IMG/VR virus record: IMGVR_UViG_3300046318_000374
Location: 293-64,292 of that record
Strand: one strand, 5' to 3'
Source: a virus
Taxonomy: Duplodnaviria; Caudoviricetes
DNA length: 64,000 nt
In this document: in pieces, positions 40,401-50,800 of the stretch
Layout of the letters: each line of letters starts with the position of its first letter
How positions within the stretch are numbered: position 1 is the stretch's first letter
Made by a program: the position numbers and the translations under genes
The notes under the pieces: generated by a model
Database searches by the model: none
What the model was told of the DNA's origin: nothing
What the model saw: only the letters and a program-made list of their open reading frames with translations

Positions 40401-43400
40401 CCACTTACAAATAAAGAACCTGTAAATTGTGAACCACTATCTAACGCCTCTACTTTGAAACCATATTCAGGACTTACCGAAGCAGTTATTGAACCACTAG
40501 CAATCTTAAACGCATCAGTTGATAGAGCAGATATTGGTATATCAAATAAATTAGCACCACTACCACTAAAACCAGATGCAGATACTGCTACATTAACAAC
40601 CATCCCAGCTTCAGGTGATATAGATGCCGAAGCAGAGCCTGAAATTATCTTTGAGGAATCAATTGCTAAATTAGCTAATGTAATATTGGTTAATTGAGAA
40701 CCATCTCCAACAAAATATGAACCAGTTGGTACATATAAGTTACCACTTACAATCGTTTCTCCAATAAATTCAATTTTTTGAGGTACTTCATATTGATTTA
40801 CAATATTGATTGTACCACCCATTGTTTGGTGTATTTGACAATTGTAATAAAGCGTATCAGGAGAACCACTAGGTGGTGTAAATGTGATAACACCAACATC
40901 ATCACCACCATTTGTTACACCATCACTATATACATTAGTTAATCCTGCACCATACACTGTCTTAAATAAGAATGGGTGCCCTGTTGCGTTTATGTTAAAT
41001 GTATAAGTTACTCCTCTTACTAATTTTAATGTTGGATTATCACCAACTATTGCACCATCAAATGTATATGCGGACATACCATTTGCAGTTACATCAAATG
41101 TAGTTAGTAAAGAACCAGTTGGTATTATTACAATTGAAGAAGAAACTGTCAATCCACCACTAATAAATGTATTAGTATTGATTTCCAATCCTCTATCCGG
41201 CGAAATTGATGCAGTTGCACTACCACTTGCTATTCTAAATGCTTCTTCCGATAATGCATTTAATGGAATATTAAATAAACCCTCTCCACTACCAGTAAAT
41301 GCAGATGCAGATACAGTATTTTGGAAATATGCAGGTACATTTGTTGTAAATCCACTAATTGGAGATACTGAAGCAGATGCCGAACCTGAAATTATTTGTG
41401 TAGAATCAATAGCTAAATTAGCTAATGAAATATTTCTTAATTTTGAACCATCTCCAACAAAGAATGAACCAGTTTCGGTGTAAATGTTACCATTTACTCT
41501 TAAACTACCAGTAAATTGTGAACCACTTATAGTAGATTCAACTCTAAATCCAAATTCTGGCGATACTGAAGCAGTTACTGAACCACTTACTATTCTAAAT
41601 GCCTCACTTGTTAAGGCAGATTGTGGGATATTAAATAAACCCTCACCAGAACCAGTAAACGCAGAAGCAGAAACCGTTGTATTAACTACTAATCCTCTAT
41701 CAGGTGATATTGAAGCAGTTGCCGAACCACTAGCAATTCTAAATGAATCACCAGAGATAGCAGATTGTGGAATATTGAATAATCCCTCACCAGAACCAGT
41801 AAATGCCGAAGCGGAAACTGTATTTGTGAAGTATGCGTCCACATTTACATTAAATCCTTCTACCGGAGAAATAGATGCAGTAGCAGAACCACTAGCAATC
41901 TTATTAATTTCAAAAGATAAAGCAGATTGTGGGATATTAAATAAACCCTCACCACTACCAGAGAAATAACCAGAGCCAGATGGTATAGTTGTTATACCAC
42001 TTATGTTAATACTACCAGTAAATTGTGAACCACTTACTAAAGATTCAACTCTAAACCCATTTTGTGGTGTTACCGAAGCAGTTACCGAACCAGATGTTAT
42101 TTGAGTACTAATTAATGCGTCTGGTGTTAGGGCAGTACGTGGTATATTAAATAATTTTTCACCAGAGCCACTAAAGAATGAACCAGAGTCAATAAATACA
42201 CTACCACTAATGGTTAAACTACCACTAATTGTTGCAAAAGTATTAACAACTAAACCAGTTGATGGTTCAATTGATGCAGTTGCACTACCACTTGCTATTA
42301 AAGTTGATGTTAATGATGGTATGTTTGTTAATCTACTACCATCACCCTGAAATGAACCACTAAATGAACCGCTAAACTCAATTGCAGTTATTGAACCACT
42401 TACTTCAATAGAACCTGTAAATTCTGAACCACTTTCTGATGATTCAACTCTAAATCCATATTCAGGGTTTACCGAAGCAGTTACCGAACCACTTGCTATG
42501 AAAGAACTAATTAAAGCATCTTGCGTTAAAGCAGTTCTAGGAATATTAAATAATCTTTCTCCACTACCACTAAATGATGAACCTGAAACTAATTCAATTC
42601 CACCACTTACAAATAAAGAACCAGTAAATTGTGAACCACTATCTATTGAAATTACTCTAAATCCATATTCAGGAGCAACTGATGCAGTAATACTACCACT
42701 TTTGATTTCAGTTGATATCAAAGCATCCTGCGTTAAGGCAGAACGAGGAATATCAAATAATTGTTGTCCACTACCACTAATGAACGAACCAGATGCCATA
42801 AAAATGCTTCCACTAAACGTAGAACCACTTGCAGTTGATTGAACTACAAATCCAAACTCATCAGTTACCGATGCAGTTACCGAACCACTAGCAATTAAAT
42901 TAGATAAAAGGGCATCTGGTGTTAAAGCAGAACGAGGAATATCAAATAAACCTCTACCGCTACCACTATATTGTGATGCCGATACCGAACCTTCAAAACT
43001 TGCCGAAGTATTAACTACTAAACCAAAATTAGGAGAAATAGATGCAGTTGCACTACCACTTGCAATTAAAGTACTAATTAATGCATCGGGAGTTAGAGCA
43101 GAACGTGGTATATCAAATAAATTTCTACCAGAACCACTAAATGATGAACCAGAATTGAGTAAAACACTACCACTTACACGTAAACTTCCACTTATTTCTG
43201 CAAAAGTATTAACAACTAAACCCCTATCAGGAGATATTGATGCAGTTGCACTACCACTAGCAATACGAGGAGCTACTGTTGATGGTACATTTAATAATTG
43301 TGAACCATCACCAACAAAAGAGCCAGTGAATGAACCACTTGCACTATTAACAATTAAAATATCTCTGATTTCAACCGAACCTGTGAATTCTTGTCTATCG

Positions 43401-43918
43401 GTTAATTCATCACCAAACTTATTAGAGCCAGATGAATAAATTACCGATGAAGAAACATATGATACGATTAGTTGTTCGGCAAATATAGATTGTGATACAT
43501 ATAAGTTACCCTGAACTGATGTATTACCCTGAATTACTGCGTTTGTATTTACAACCAAAGAAGTTCCATCAAACGATGCAGTTTGTGAACCACTTGCAAT
43601 AAATGGTGCTACAACCGATGGTACATTAATTAAACCACTACCATCTCCAAAGAAAGCACCACTAAATGAACCAGTTAAATCTGCAGTTCCTTTGAATGAT
43701 GATGTTATTGATGTTAATACTAATGTTTGAACAAACGCTCTATTACCCTCACTATCAGAAACTACAATTGCTGGATTTGTATCCAACGATGACGAGAATG
43801 TAGGAACACCCAAATTTGGTTCAACTTGGGATAAATCTACGAATTCATATCTGTCTGATGTTACATTTTTCGGTCCTTTTAATCGAACGCGTCCACTTAA
43901 TAGATTGCTTATTGCCAT
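34421..43918 (-). CDS. giant fibre protein (3165 aa): about 22 beta-rich repeats, cupredoxin domain, about 1000-aa Gly-X-Y tract, C-terminal knob
   Basis: Repeats G(S/D)G..L.NIP..AL...IASGS.TAS(I/V)SP; GHPF...LYYNCQIHQTMGG; long SSG/TSG tract; C-terminal TIDLS..N...ITWP..VRW.GG..P.LT.SGTDIL.F. Confidence 0.8.
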   Translation of the reverse strand: MAISNLLSGRVRLKGPKNVTSDRYEFVDLSQVEPNLGVPTFSSSLDTNPAIVVSDSEGNRAFVQTLVLTSITSSFKGTADLTGSFSGAFFGDGSGLINVPSVVAPFIASGSQTASFDGTSLVVNTNAVIQGNTSVQGNLYVSQSIFAEQLIVSYVSSSVIYSSGSNKFGDELTDRQEFTGSVEIRDILIVNSASGSFTGSFVGDGSQLLNVPSTVAPRIASGSATASISPDRGLVVNTFAEISGSLRVSGSVLLNSGSSFSGSGRNLFDIPRSALTPDALISTLIASGSATASISPNFGLVVNTSASFEGSVSASQYSGSGRGLFDIPRSALTPDALLSNLIASGSVTASVTDEFGFVVQSTASGSTFSGSIFMASGSFISGSGQQLFDIPRSALTQDALISTEIKSGSITASVAPEYGFRVISIDSGSQFTGSLFVSGGIELVSGSSFSGSGERLFNIPRTALTQDALISSFIASGSVTASVNPEYGFRVESSESGSEFTGSIEVSGSITAIEFSGSFSGSFQGDGSRLTNIPSLTSTLIASGSATASIEPSTGLVVNTFATISGSLTISGSVFIDSGSFFSGSGEKLFNIPRTALTPDALISTQITSGSVTASVTPQNGFRVESLVSGSQFTGSINISGITTIPSGSGYFSGSGEGLFNIPQSALSFEINKIASGSATASISPVEGFNVNVDAYFTNTVSASAFTGSGEGLFNIPQSAISGDSFRIASGSATASISPDRGLVVNTTVSASAFTGSGEGLFNIPQSALTSEAFRIVSGSVTASVSPEFGFRVESTISGSQFTGSLRVNGNIYTETGSFFVGDGSKLRNISLANLAIDSTQIISGSASASVSPISGFTTNVPAYFQNTVSASAFTGSGEGLFNIPLNALSEEAFRIASGSATASISPDRGLEINTNTFISGGLTVSSSIVIIPTGSLLTTFDVTANGMSAYTFDGAIVGDNPTLKLVRGVTYTFNINATGHPFLFKTVYGAGLTNVYSDGVTNGGDDVGVITFTPPSGSPDTLYYNCQIHQTMGGTINIVNQYEVPQKIEFIGETIVSGNLYVPTGSYFVGDGSQLTNITLANLAIDSSKIISGSASASISPEAGMVVNVAVSASGFSGSGANLFDIPISALSTDAFKIASGSITASVSPEYGFKVEALDSGSQFTGSLFVSGGVQLSSGSFYSGSGEGLFNIPRSALTPDALTATLIATGSVTASVSPEDGFRVISLESGSQFTGSIFVDGLVQLATTASFFSGSGAGLFNIPRSALTPDALTANLIATGSVTASVTPENGFVVLSLESGSQFTGSVNVSGSVRAFTYYGDGSQLTGVIAERSADSPRIASGSVTASVSPETGLIVFSPESGSQFTGSVNVSGSVTAITYFGDGSQLTGVIAERSGDTPRIASGSATASISPNLGFVSNVPITVTGTVSTSSLSLVISGSVAFSGSITASLYKGDGGGLFNIPASALQDLEIDRIQSGSAVALIDPELLTINVPVTAAYYSGDGGGLFNIPAEALQDLKLDRITSGSVTAVISPNKGLQVDTDVSITGSLYVTGGIFITGSDVVAASGSRYVGDGSGLTNINIANLAFETPILKSGSFTASISPDNGFVVNTSASIYGTTYTDRLVTPELTASFLYSPYLSGSLYGTYTFTGGGPTASVEYDILRWDENRGYYIPQPETTLTETVSFNNVSSVTIVHNLDIRYPMVQVYATGSEEMILPASILAIDNDTVQINFSGLTSGHAVIGSGGSLINGTIQGDRVIGTVLSSSYAERAGFAEVAANVQGLSSGSLEALISASANTGQFVLNSQTSSMSVYFAESSSYALFAANAANVDTANFIQNSQTASMTVGTASFALSASYAVTASYVLGGALTAEGFIKNEQTASMYVYSSSFASVAQFALNATNVDTASFVQANQDSTINANFVVSGSLGASGSIYVNSFNTGSNSNLVVVWNETTKKLEARDVQQAAGTSGTNGSSGSSGSSGSSGSSGSSGSSGSSGSSGSSGSSGIDGTSGSSGSSGSSGSSGSSGSTGSSGSSGSSGSSGSSGSSGSSGSSGTSGSSGTSGSSGTSGSSGTSGSSGTSGSSGTSGSSGTSGSSGTTGSSGTSGSSGTSGTSGSSGTSGSSGTSGSSGTTGSAGTSGTSGTSGSGGTSGSSGTRGTAGTSGSTGTAGSSGTSATSGSSGSSGSSGVDGSSGSSGTAGSSGSSGSSGSSGTTGSAGSAGSGGSAGTSGFDGTSGSSGSSGSNGSAGSAGSSGTSGEDGTSGTSGSNGTSGSSGSSGSSGTTGSSGTSGSSGSSGSSGSSGSSGSSGTTGSSGTTGSSGSSGSSGSSGSSGSSGSSGSSGSSGSSGTTGSEGTSGSSGSSGSSGTSGSSGSSGSSGSTGSSGTTGSEGTSGSSGSSGLDGSSGSSGSSGSSGSSGSSGSSGSSGSSGIDGSSGSSGTDGSTGTAGTSGTSGSSGSSGSSGTTGSDGTSGSSGSSGSSGSSGTSGSSGSSGSSGLDGTYFGSSGSSGSSGVSGTSGATGSSGTAGTPGTAGSSGVAGAAGTSGTSGQDGTYFGSSGTSGSSGSSGSSGSSGSSGSSGSSGSSGSSGVDGTSGIDGSSGSSGSSGSTGTDGTSGSSGSSGFDGTYFGSSGSSGSSGSSGSSGSSGTNGTSGSSGVDGTFFGSSGTSGSSGSSGSSGSSGSSGSSGSSGSSGLDGTYFGSSGTSGSSGSSGSSGSEGTSGTTGSSGSTGSSGSSGLDGTFFGSSGTAGSSGSSGSSGSTGTDGTSGTTGSSGSSGLDGTYFGSSGSSGSSGSSGEMGTSGSSGSTGTSGSSGLDGTFFGSSGTAGSSGSSGSSASNGTSGTSGSSGSSGLDGTYFGSSGSSGSSGSSGSSGSSGSTGTSGSSGSSGLDGTYFGSSGSSGSSGSSGSTGTSGSTGTDGTSGTTGSSGLDGTFFGSSGSSGTSGSSGSSGTSGIGTNGSSGSSGVDGTFFGTNGTNGTSGTTGSSGTSAGGTAGSGGTSGSSGSTGSAGTSGLLSLTGTTDNGIITLDGTAPNATVESNLTFDGTILTITGAVDASTYVTTTVFRETYSNLGSGTNVTIDLSTANNFRRQFTSSAAVTFTNPPAGKAFGFTLLIVNGGSGTITWPGTVRWAGGTGAPALTASGTDILVFYTYDGGTTYYGFVTGLNMA
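34890..38012 (-). repeat. about 3.1-kb Gly-X-Y Ser/Thr-rich coding repeat with about 12 DGT(Y/F)FG interruptions
   Basis: 9-nt periodicity; the translation is nearly pure GSS/GTS/GTT triplets. Confidence 0.92.
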
Positions 43919-43937
43919 TAGTACTTTCTAGCTTTGA

Positions 43938-43963
43938 TATAAATATTCAATTACATATAAATA
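43938..43963 (-). promoter_or_regulatory. tandem putative late promoters TATTTATA (43938-43945, 43956-43963)
   Basis: Two exact copies 20 and 38 nt upstream of ATG 43918. Confidence 0.65.
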
Positions 43964-43982
43964 TAATTGAAAAATATAATCG

Positions 43983-44846
43983 TTATTCGTTTGCACTCTC
44001 TAATAAAGAAAGAACTACACTTAAATTTGGTGAGCCAGAAACTATAAAACCATAACTTTCTTCTAATACCAATTTACCAGAAACTACGGGTGATAATGAA
44101 TCAGCAGGTGGAATTAAAACATTTGTTACCAATTGTATTGGGTCTTGCGCAACTAATACCGGATTTTCAATCGTATCTAATACCACATTTGTAAACGCAT
44201 TAATTAAATAACCACTGCCACTACCGGCCGTAGCATATGTTGAATTAAGAGATTGTGATACTGCCGTTTGATATATTCTTTCAACGGAAGCAGAACCAGT
44301 TATTGATTCATTTTTAATAATTTGTTGTGCTAATGTGTTTGTATATTGAATTGCTAATAAAGATGCACTATATTCGGTTGGGTCAATAGTTGATACACCA
44401 TTTTTAGTATAAAAAGATTTTGCGTATTTGTTAGTTCGTATTGTTTTATTATTTTTTATATCATACGCATATGCATCAATAGCATCCAATGCAATATTCT
44501 CATATATAGATGATGTAAATGCAATTGGAGTTTCTAATAAATTATTTTGAAAGGAAGTATATGCCGCAACTTCCTTTCTAATAAATTGTCTATTCGCTGT
44601 TAATAGGATTGACGCACTATCAAAACTACCAGTAGATTCAATTGAACCAAATTGTGGTATTGCTAATTCTCTATTTGATGTTACAAATATTGTCACCGGT
44701 TGTGTTACTAAACTATTATTAGTAATTTGTGCCGAAAGTACAATAGATGATACACCTGCAGGAGTTGCATAAATTTCATCTTGCTCACCAGTCAATGTTG
44801 TTACCACCGACTGAAACCTATTAAGAGGTACGAATACACTTGCCAT
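43983..44846 (-). CDS. structural adaptor-like protein containing one Cys-less globin/phycobiliprotein-like repeat
   Basis: The ends resemble 32337-32669; the middle (LTANRQFIRKEV...DAIDAYAYDI...AIQYTNTLAQQII) resembles the repeats of the upstream giant protein. Confidence 0.65.
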   Translation of the reverse strand: MASVFVPLNRFQSVVTTLTGEQDEIYATPAGVSSIVLSAQITNNSLVTQPVTIFVTSNRELAIPQFGSIESTGSFDSASILLTANRQFIRKEVAAYTSFQNNLLETPIAFTSSIYENIALDAIDAYAYDIKNNKTIRTNKYAKSFYTKNGVSTIDPTEYSASLLAIQYTNTLAQQIIKNESITGSASVERIYQTAVSQSLNSTYATAGSGSGYLINAFTNVVLDTIENPVLVAQDPIQLVTNVLIPPADSLSPVVSGKLVLEESYGFIVSGSPNLSVVLSLLESANE

Positions 44847-44865
44847 TTTTTTCTATTTTATCTTT

Positions 44866-47800
44866 TTATATTTGTAGTGCTAATGAGAACGGAGTTACTA
44901 ATGAGAACAATGATTTACTAAATGTTCTACCAACTAAAGTTCCAGTAGCTTGGTTGATACTTAATCCAGTACCAATTCTAAAGTCACCAGTTTCGTTACC
45001 AGATGTAAAGTAAATTCTACCTCCACCTAATTCCGTAATTTCATACGCAGGGTCCGCAGTTCCACTACCACCCTGATTAGAAGGCAGTGCCTTAAATGTT
45101 ACACCGGCTCCGTTATATGAGTAGTCAATACCAGTTGCCACAATTAAAGAACCAAATGATTCTAATGGTGCACCGGCTGCAACGAACTCAGCTCTTGTTC
45201 TTAAATATCTATTAGTTTCCAAAGTCTCTAATAGTTGGTCTCTTGTTACTGCAATTGCACTTCCATATTGACCATTGTAATAAGATGATGCCGCCGCTAT
45301 TCCTCTTTCGTTTCCACCATATAGTAAATCAGTTGCTACTGCATCAACAATCAAACCTGTATCACGAGAACAACTAGCCTCATTATATACTAAATATGGG
45401 AATGCTCCATTTGTGTATCCAATTGCTCTTTGTTTCAATTCATCTTTTGCTGCAATTAATCTATTGTATGCTGCTCTTCGTTTTGTGCCAGGGAACACCA
45501 TTTGTGTTTGGTTTACAATTTTTTCAGCCACACCTCTAGCAAAGTTAATTCCATCAACCGTTTGAATTTTTTGTCCAACAGTTCCATTGTCAGTATAAGA
45601 TGGTTTAATTGCTACTGATGGAATTTTATAGTAGTAAGAACCTGCCTCAATACTTCTTTCGTTTCCACCATACACTAAATCAGTTTTAACCGCATCTATA
45701 ATAAATCCTACATCACGAGAACAACTTACTTCGTTATATTGTAAAGTACTCCACGATGATGATAAGAATGCAATCGTTTCTTTTTGGATAAACAATCTAT
45801 TTCTTGTCAACAATTCTCTACCACCTAATGCAGAACCAGATGGTGATACAAAAGTTGGGTTAGTAATTACTTTGGTTGCTAACTTACCACCATATCTTAC
45901 ACCAGTAAGTGTTGGGTCTAATTGATTTGCTTCCGAAGGTACACCTGCTACCGTTGCTTTTGATGGGAATAGGTAATAATATGTGCCAGCAGTTACTGCT
46001 CTTTCAGTTCCACCATATAGTAAATCCGTTGCAGCCGCATCCGTTATATATCTTACATCACGAGAACAACTTGCCTCATTGTAGTAAACAGTACTCCAAG
46101 ATGAAGATACATATGCAATTACTTCTGCTGCTATGAAATCTTTATTTCTTCTTAATAAATCAAATGATGAAGAAACTTCTAATGATGCAGTATGGAACAC
46201 AATATTTTGTGCAATTTTTTGAGATATTCTACTTGCGTAATCAATACCCTCATTGGTTTGTTTTAATTGTCCTACGCTATCACCATCTCCCAATAAAGTT
46301 GCCTTTGATGGATATTTGTAATAGAATTCTCCACTTAAAACAGTTCTTTCGTTTCCACCATATAATAAATCAGTTGCTACACCATCAATAATGTATCCAA
46401 CATCTCTCTTACACTTATCTTTATTGTAAACAAAGAAACTCCATGCTGAATCTAACCAAGCCATTGTTTCGTTTTGGATAAATCCTCTATTGCTTCTTAA
46501 CAATTCAACTGATGCCGATACTGATTGAGATGCGGTTACAAATGTTTTGTTTGTAATTACATTTGCTGCCACACCACCTGCAAAATCAATTGCATTTAAT
46601 GTAGAATCTAATTGAGAGCCAGTTGCTTGTGATGGATACTTAAAGTAGTACTCACCGGCAGTTACACTTCTTTGATTTCCACCATAAAGAATATCAGTTG
46701 CCACCGCATCCACAATTAATCCAACATCTCTTCTACATTTAGATTCACTATATGCCAATGTACTCCAAGAAGAAGATACAAATGCAATTGTTTCCGCTTG
46801 AATGAATGGTTTGTTTTGTTTCAATGCATTGTAAACAGCAGATGCCGAAGCAGATGCAGTTACAAATGTTGTACCCAATACAATCTTTTGTGCCAATTGA
46901 GATGCGTAAATTATACCATCTAATGTTTCATCTAATTGAGAATCAGTTGCTTGTGATGGGTATAAATAATAATAATATCCATTATGAACTGATGCAGAGT
47001 TGCTATTCCAATATAAATCCTCTGCTGCACCACTTACAATTAAACCTACATCGCGAGAACAACTTGCCTCATTGTAAAGGAATGCAGTATCCGAATTAGA
47101 ACCAGTTACCCACGATGAACTAATGTATGCAATAGTTTCAGCCTGAATGAACGGAATGTTTGCTTTTAATAAGTTGTAAGCATTTATCACATTCGGGTCA
47201 GTTGATGGAGTTGTATATGGTATTGTTGCTGGTAATGAACCAGTACCATTTGTTACAATATCCGTAACTATACTAATTGATGCCGAAATTGCAGTTGCTT
47301 CAGTTTGTGTACCTGCACTTCCACTAATTTGTGGAGTGTTTGTTACTTTAATATTATTGTATGTGTTAGATACAAATTGTGGTGCACTAACTACATTACT
47401 TTGGATAATATTATCACTAAATCTTCTTGCGTAATCAATTGCCGTAGTTGTTTCAACTATTTGGTCACTTTCAATCGCCAACGATGGATATAGATAGTAG
47501 AACTCACCTGCTTTAGCTGCTCTTTGATTTCCACCATATAATAAATCAGTTGCAACCGCATCTACAATGTATCCAACATCTCTTCTACAAGATGTTTCAT
47601 TGTAGTATAGTTGTGGATATTTAGCATTTACAAATGCAACAGTTTCATTTTGGATAAATTCTTTATTACTTAATAATAAATCATAAGAATATTGAGTATT
47701 TGCATTTGGTGTTACAAATGTAGTGTTTTTTGCTACATTCATTGCCACACCTTTACCATATCTTATACCATCTAATGTTGGTTGTAATTGAGAATCAGTT

Positions 47801-50800
47801 GCCTGTGATGGGAATCTAAAATAGTAATCACCAGCAGTAAGACTTCTTTCATTTCCACCATATAATAAATCGGTTGCTACCGCATCTACAATATATGCAA
47901 TATCACGAGAACAACTTGCTTCGTTGTAATCAAATGTACTCCAAGAAGAACTTACATAAGCAATTACTTCGTTTTGGATAAATGGTTTATTTTTTATCAA
48001 CGATACATACGATGCCGAAGTTGATTGTGATGCTGATATATGAGCTAAAGTTGTATTTCTTACCACTCTTTCTGCCAATCCACTTGCGTATCTAATTGCA
48101 GTTAATGTTTGGTCTAATTGAGAACCAGTTGCTTCCGATGGGAAATCATAATAGTACTTACCATTTACATAAGAACCAGAATTACCACCATATAATAAAT
48201 CATAAGCAGCTCCATCGATAATGAATCCTAAATCTCTACTGCAACTTGCCTCATTGTAATCAAATGTACTCCAAGATGAACTTACAAATGCAATAGTTTC
48301 ATCTATAATCATTTGTTTGTTACCCAACAACAAATTGTATGCAGATACCATTTTAGTATTTGTATTTGCAGTTGCCGAAGAGGATATAAATGTAGTAGAA
48401 CCAGTTCCATTTGCTATAATATTAGCAACAATTGCAAATGATGCAGATACTAATGAAGCCTGAACTCTTCCTCCGGCACTTCCACTTATTAATTGTGGAG
48501 TATTTGTTACTTTAACACCATTTTGATTGTTTGATACTAATGTTGGATAAGTTCCCTCAATAATATCCATTACAATCTCAAATCCACTACCAATTTTTTG
48601 AATATCTGCTTCACTACCAGAAGATATTGATTGGAATAGTGTACCACCACTAATATTTAATGATGATGATGTATTTTCTATAATATTTGGTATAGAACCA
48701 GTTCCATTATTAACAATATCAATGATTGTTGCGTAAGAAGAACTTACTTTTGTTAAATCACTACCATTATATGTACCACTACCTGTAATTTGAGTTGTAG
48801 ATGTGATATGTAATAAAGTTGGAGTTGCTAATTGGAAACCATATTCAAAATTTCTTGCCAATGAATCCGGCGTACCATTCACACCAAAGTGAATAATATC
48901 TCTTACCAAACTAAACGATGAAGTTACCAAATCAGCATAAGTACTACCACCACTTATTGATGATGTAGTTGGTGTTTCATTTGTTACTTTTATTCCACTT
49001 TCAGTATTTTTAACAACTTCAGGTAAATATGATATACCATTTGATATAATTTCAGTTACCAATGCAAATGAAGAACTAATTTTAGTTAATTCAGTATTAC
49101 CAACACTTATCGATGATGTATATTGAGCAGTATTTGTTGCTTTTATATTATTATCCGTATTTTTACCAAAATTAACTGTATCTAATGTAATATTTGATAC
49201 CAATTTGTTCACTAAACTATTTGCATAATCTATTGAATCTATCGTTTGTCCTTTTTGTTCTACCGAAGTTGCCTTTGATGGGAATTTGTAATAATATACG
49301 CCAGATTCCACACTTCTTTCATTACCACCATAAACAATATCAGTTGCTACACTATCCACAATAAATCCAACATCTCTACTACAAGAAGCTTGGTTATATA
49401 CTAAATCAGGATAAAATGCGTTAGTATATTGAATAGTTTCTGCTTGAATAAATGCTCTATTTGCTTGTACTAAATTTCTTACATTTAATTTTTCTTTTGA
49501 AGCAGTTACAAATGTATTACCCAATATAATTTTTTGAGCCAAACCACTACCATACTTAATACCAGTGATTGTTGGGTCTAATTGTTGAGTAACCGATGGT
49601 ACTCCACCAACAGTTGCAGCAGATGGATATAAATAATAGAATAATCCGGCAGTAGATGTTCTTTCATTACCACCATAAACCAAATCCGTTCTTACCGCAT
49701 CAAGTATATACTTTACATCTCTTTCACATTTTGCTTGATTGTATGAAACACCATACCAAGACGATGATACATACTCAACAACTTCTCTTGCTATTAAATC
49801 TTTATTTAATGATAATAAATTACTAGCATTTGTTTTATTTTGTGAAGCAGTTACAAAAGTAGTACCAACAACAATTTTTTGTGTCATTCTACCTGCGTAA
49901 TCAATACCATCTATTGTTTGTACTAATTGAGAACCAGTTGCCTGCGATGGATATAGGTAATAGAATGTTCCAGCTGCCACAGCTCTTTCATTCCCACCAT
50001 AAACTAAATCGGTTCTTACTGCATCAATAACGTGTCCAATATCTCTCTTACACTTAACATCATCGTAATCAAAATTACCCCACGAAGATGATAAGTAAGT
50101 AATAGTTTCACTTTGAATAAATTCTCTATTGTTCTTTAATTGTAAAGAAGCATTTTGTACTTGTTCGTTTGGATAAGTGTAAACTATATTTTGTAAAGTT
50201 TTTTGTGCTAATTTACTAGCATACTTTATACCATCCACAGTTTGATTTAATTGAGAACCAGTTGCTGCTGATGGATATTCTAAATAGTACTTACCACTTA
50301 CTAACGAAGCAGAATATGAATTAAATAATAAATCTTCTGCTGCACCACTTACAATTAAACCAATATCTCTACTACAACTTGCTTCATTATATTCAAACCC
50401 ATTCCAAGATGAAGATAGGTAAGCAATAGTTTCCGCCTGAATAAACGGAATATTTTGTTTTAACAAATTATATGCATAATATACAACCGATGCAGTTTGC
50501 GCAGTTGTATATGATGATGTTGGTAAACTTAAAGATGCGGTCACACCACTATTTCCACTTAAAATATCAACAACTAACGATATAGATGCGGATATTGCAG
50601 ATGCCTGTGTGGAAGAACCACTATAAGATGCCGAAACATATTGTGGTGTATTTGATACTTTGATATTTTGTAATGTGTTTAGGGTAATTGTAGGAACTAC
50701 ACCTAAACCATTTTTAATAATATTTTTAATTGTTTCAACCGATGAACTAACCGCAGTTGCCTGTGTTTGAGTTGCATTACTACCAGTCCATTGACTTAAA

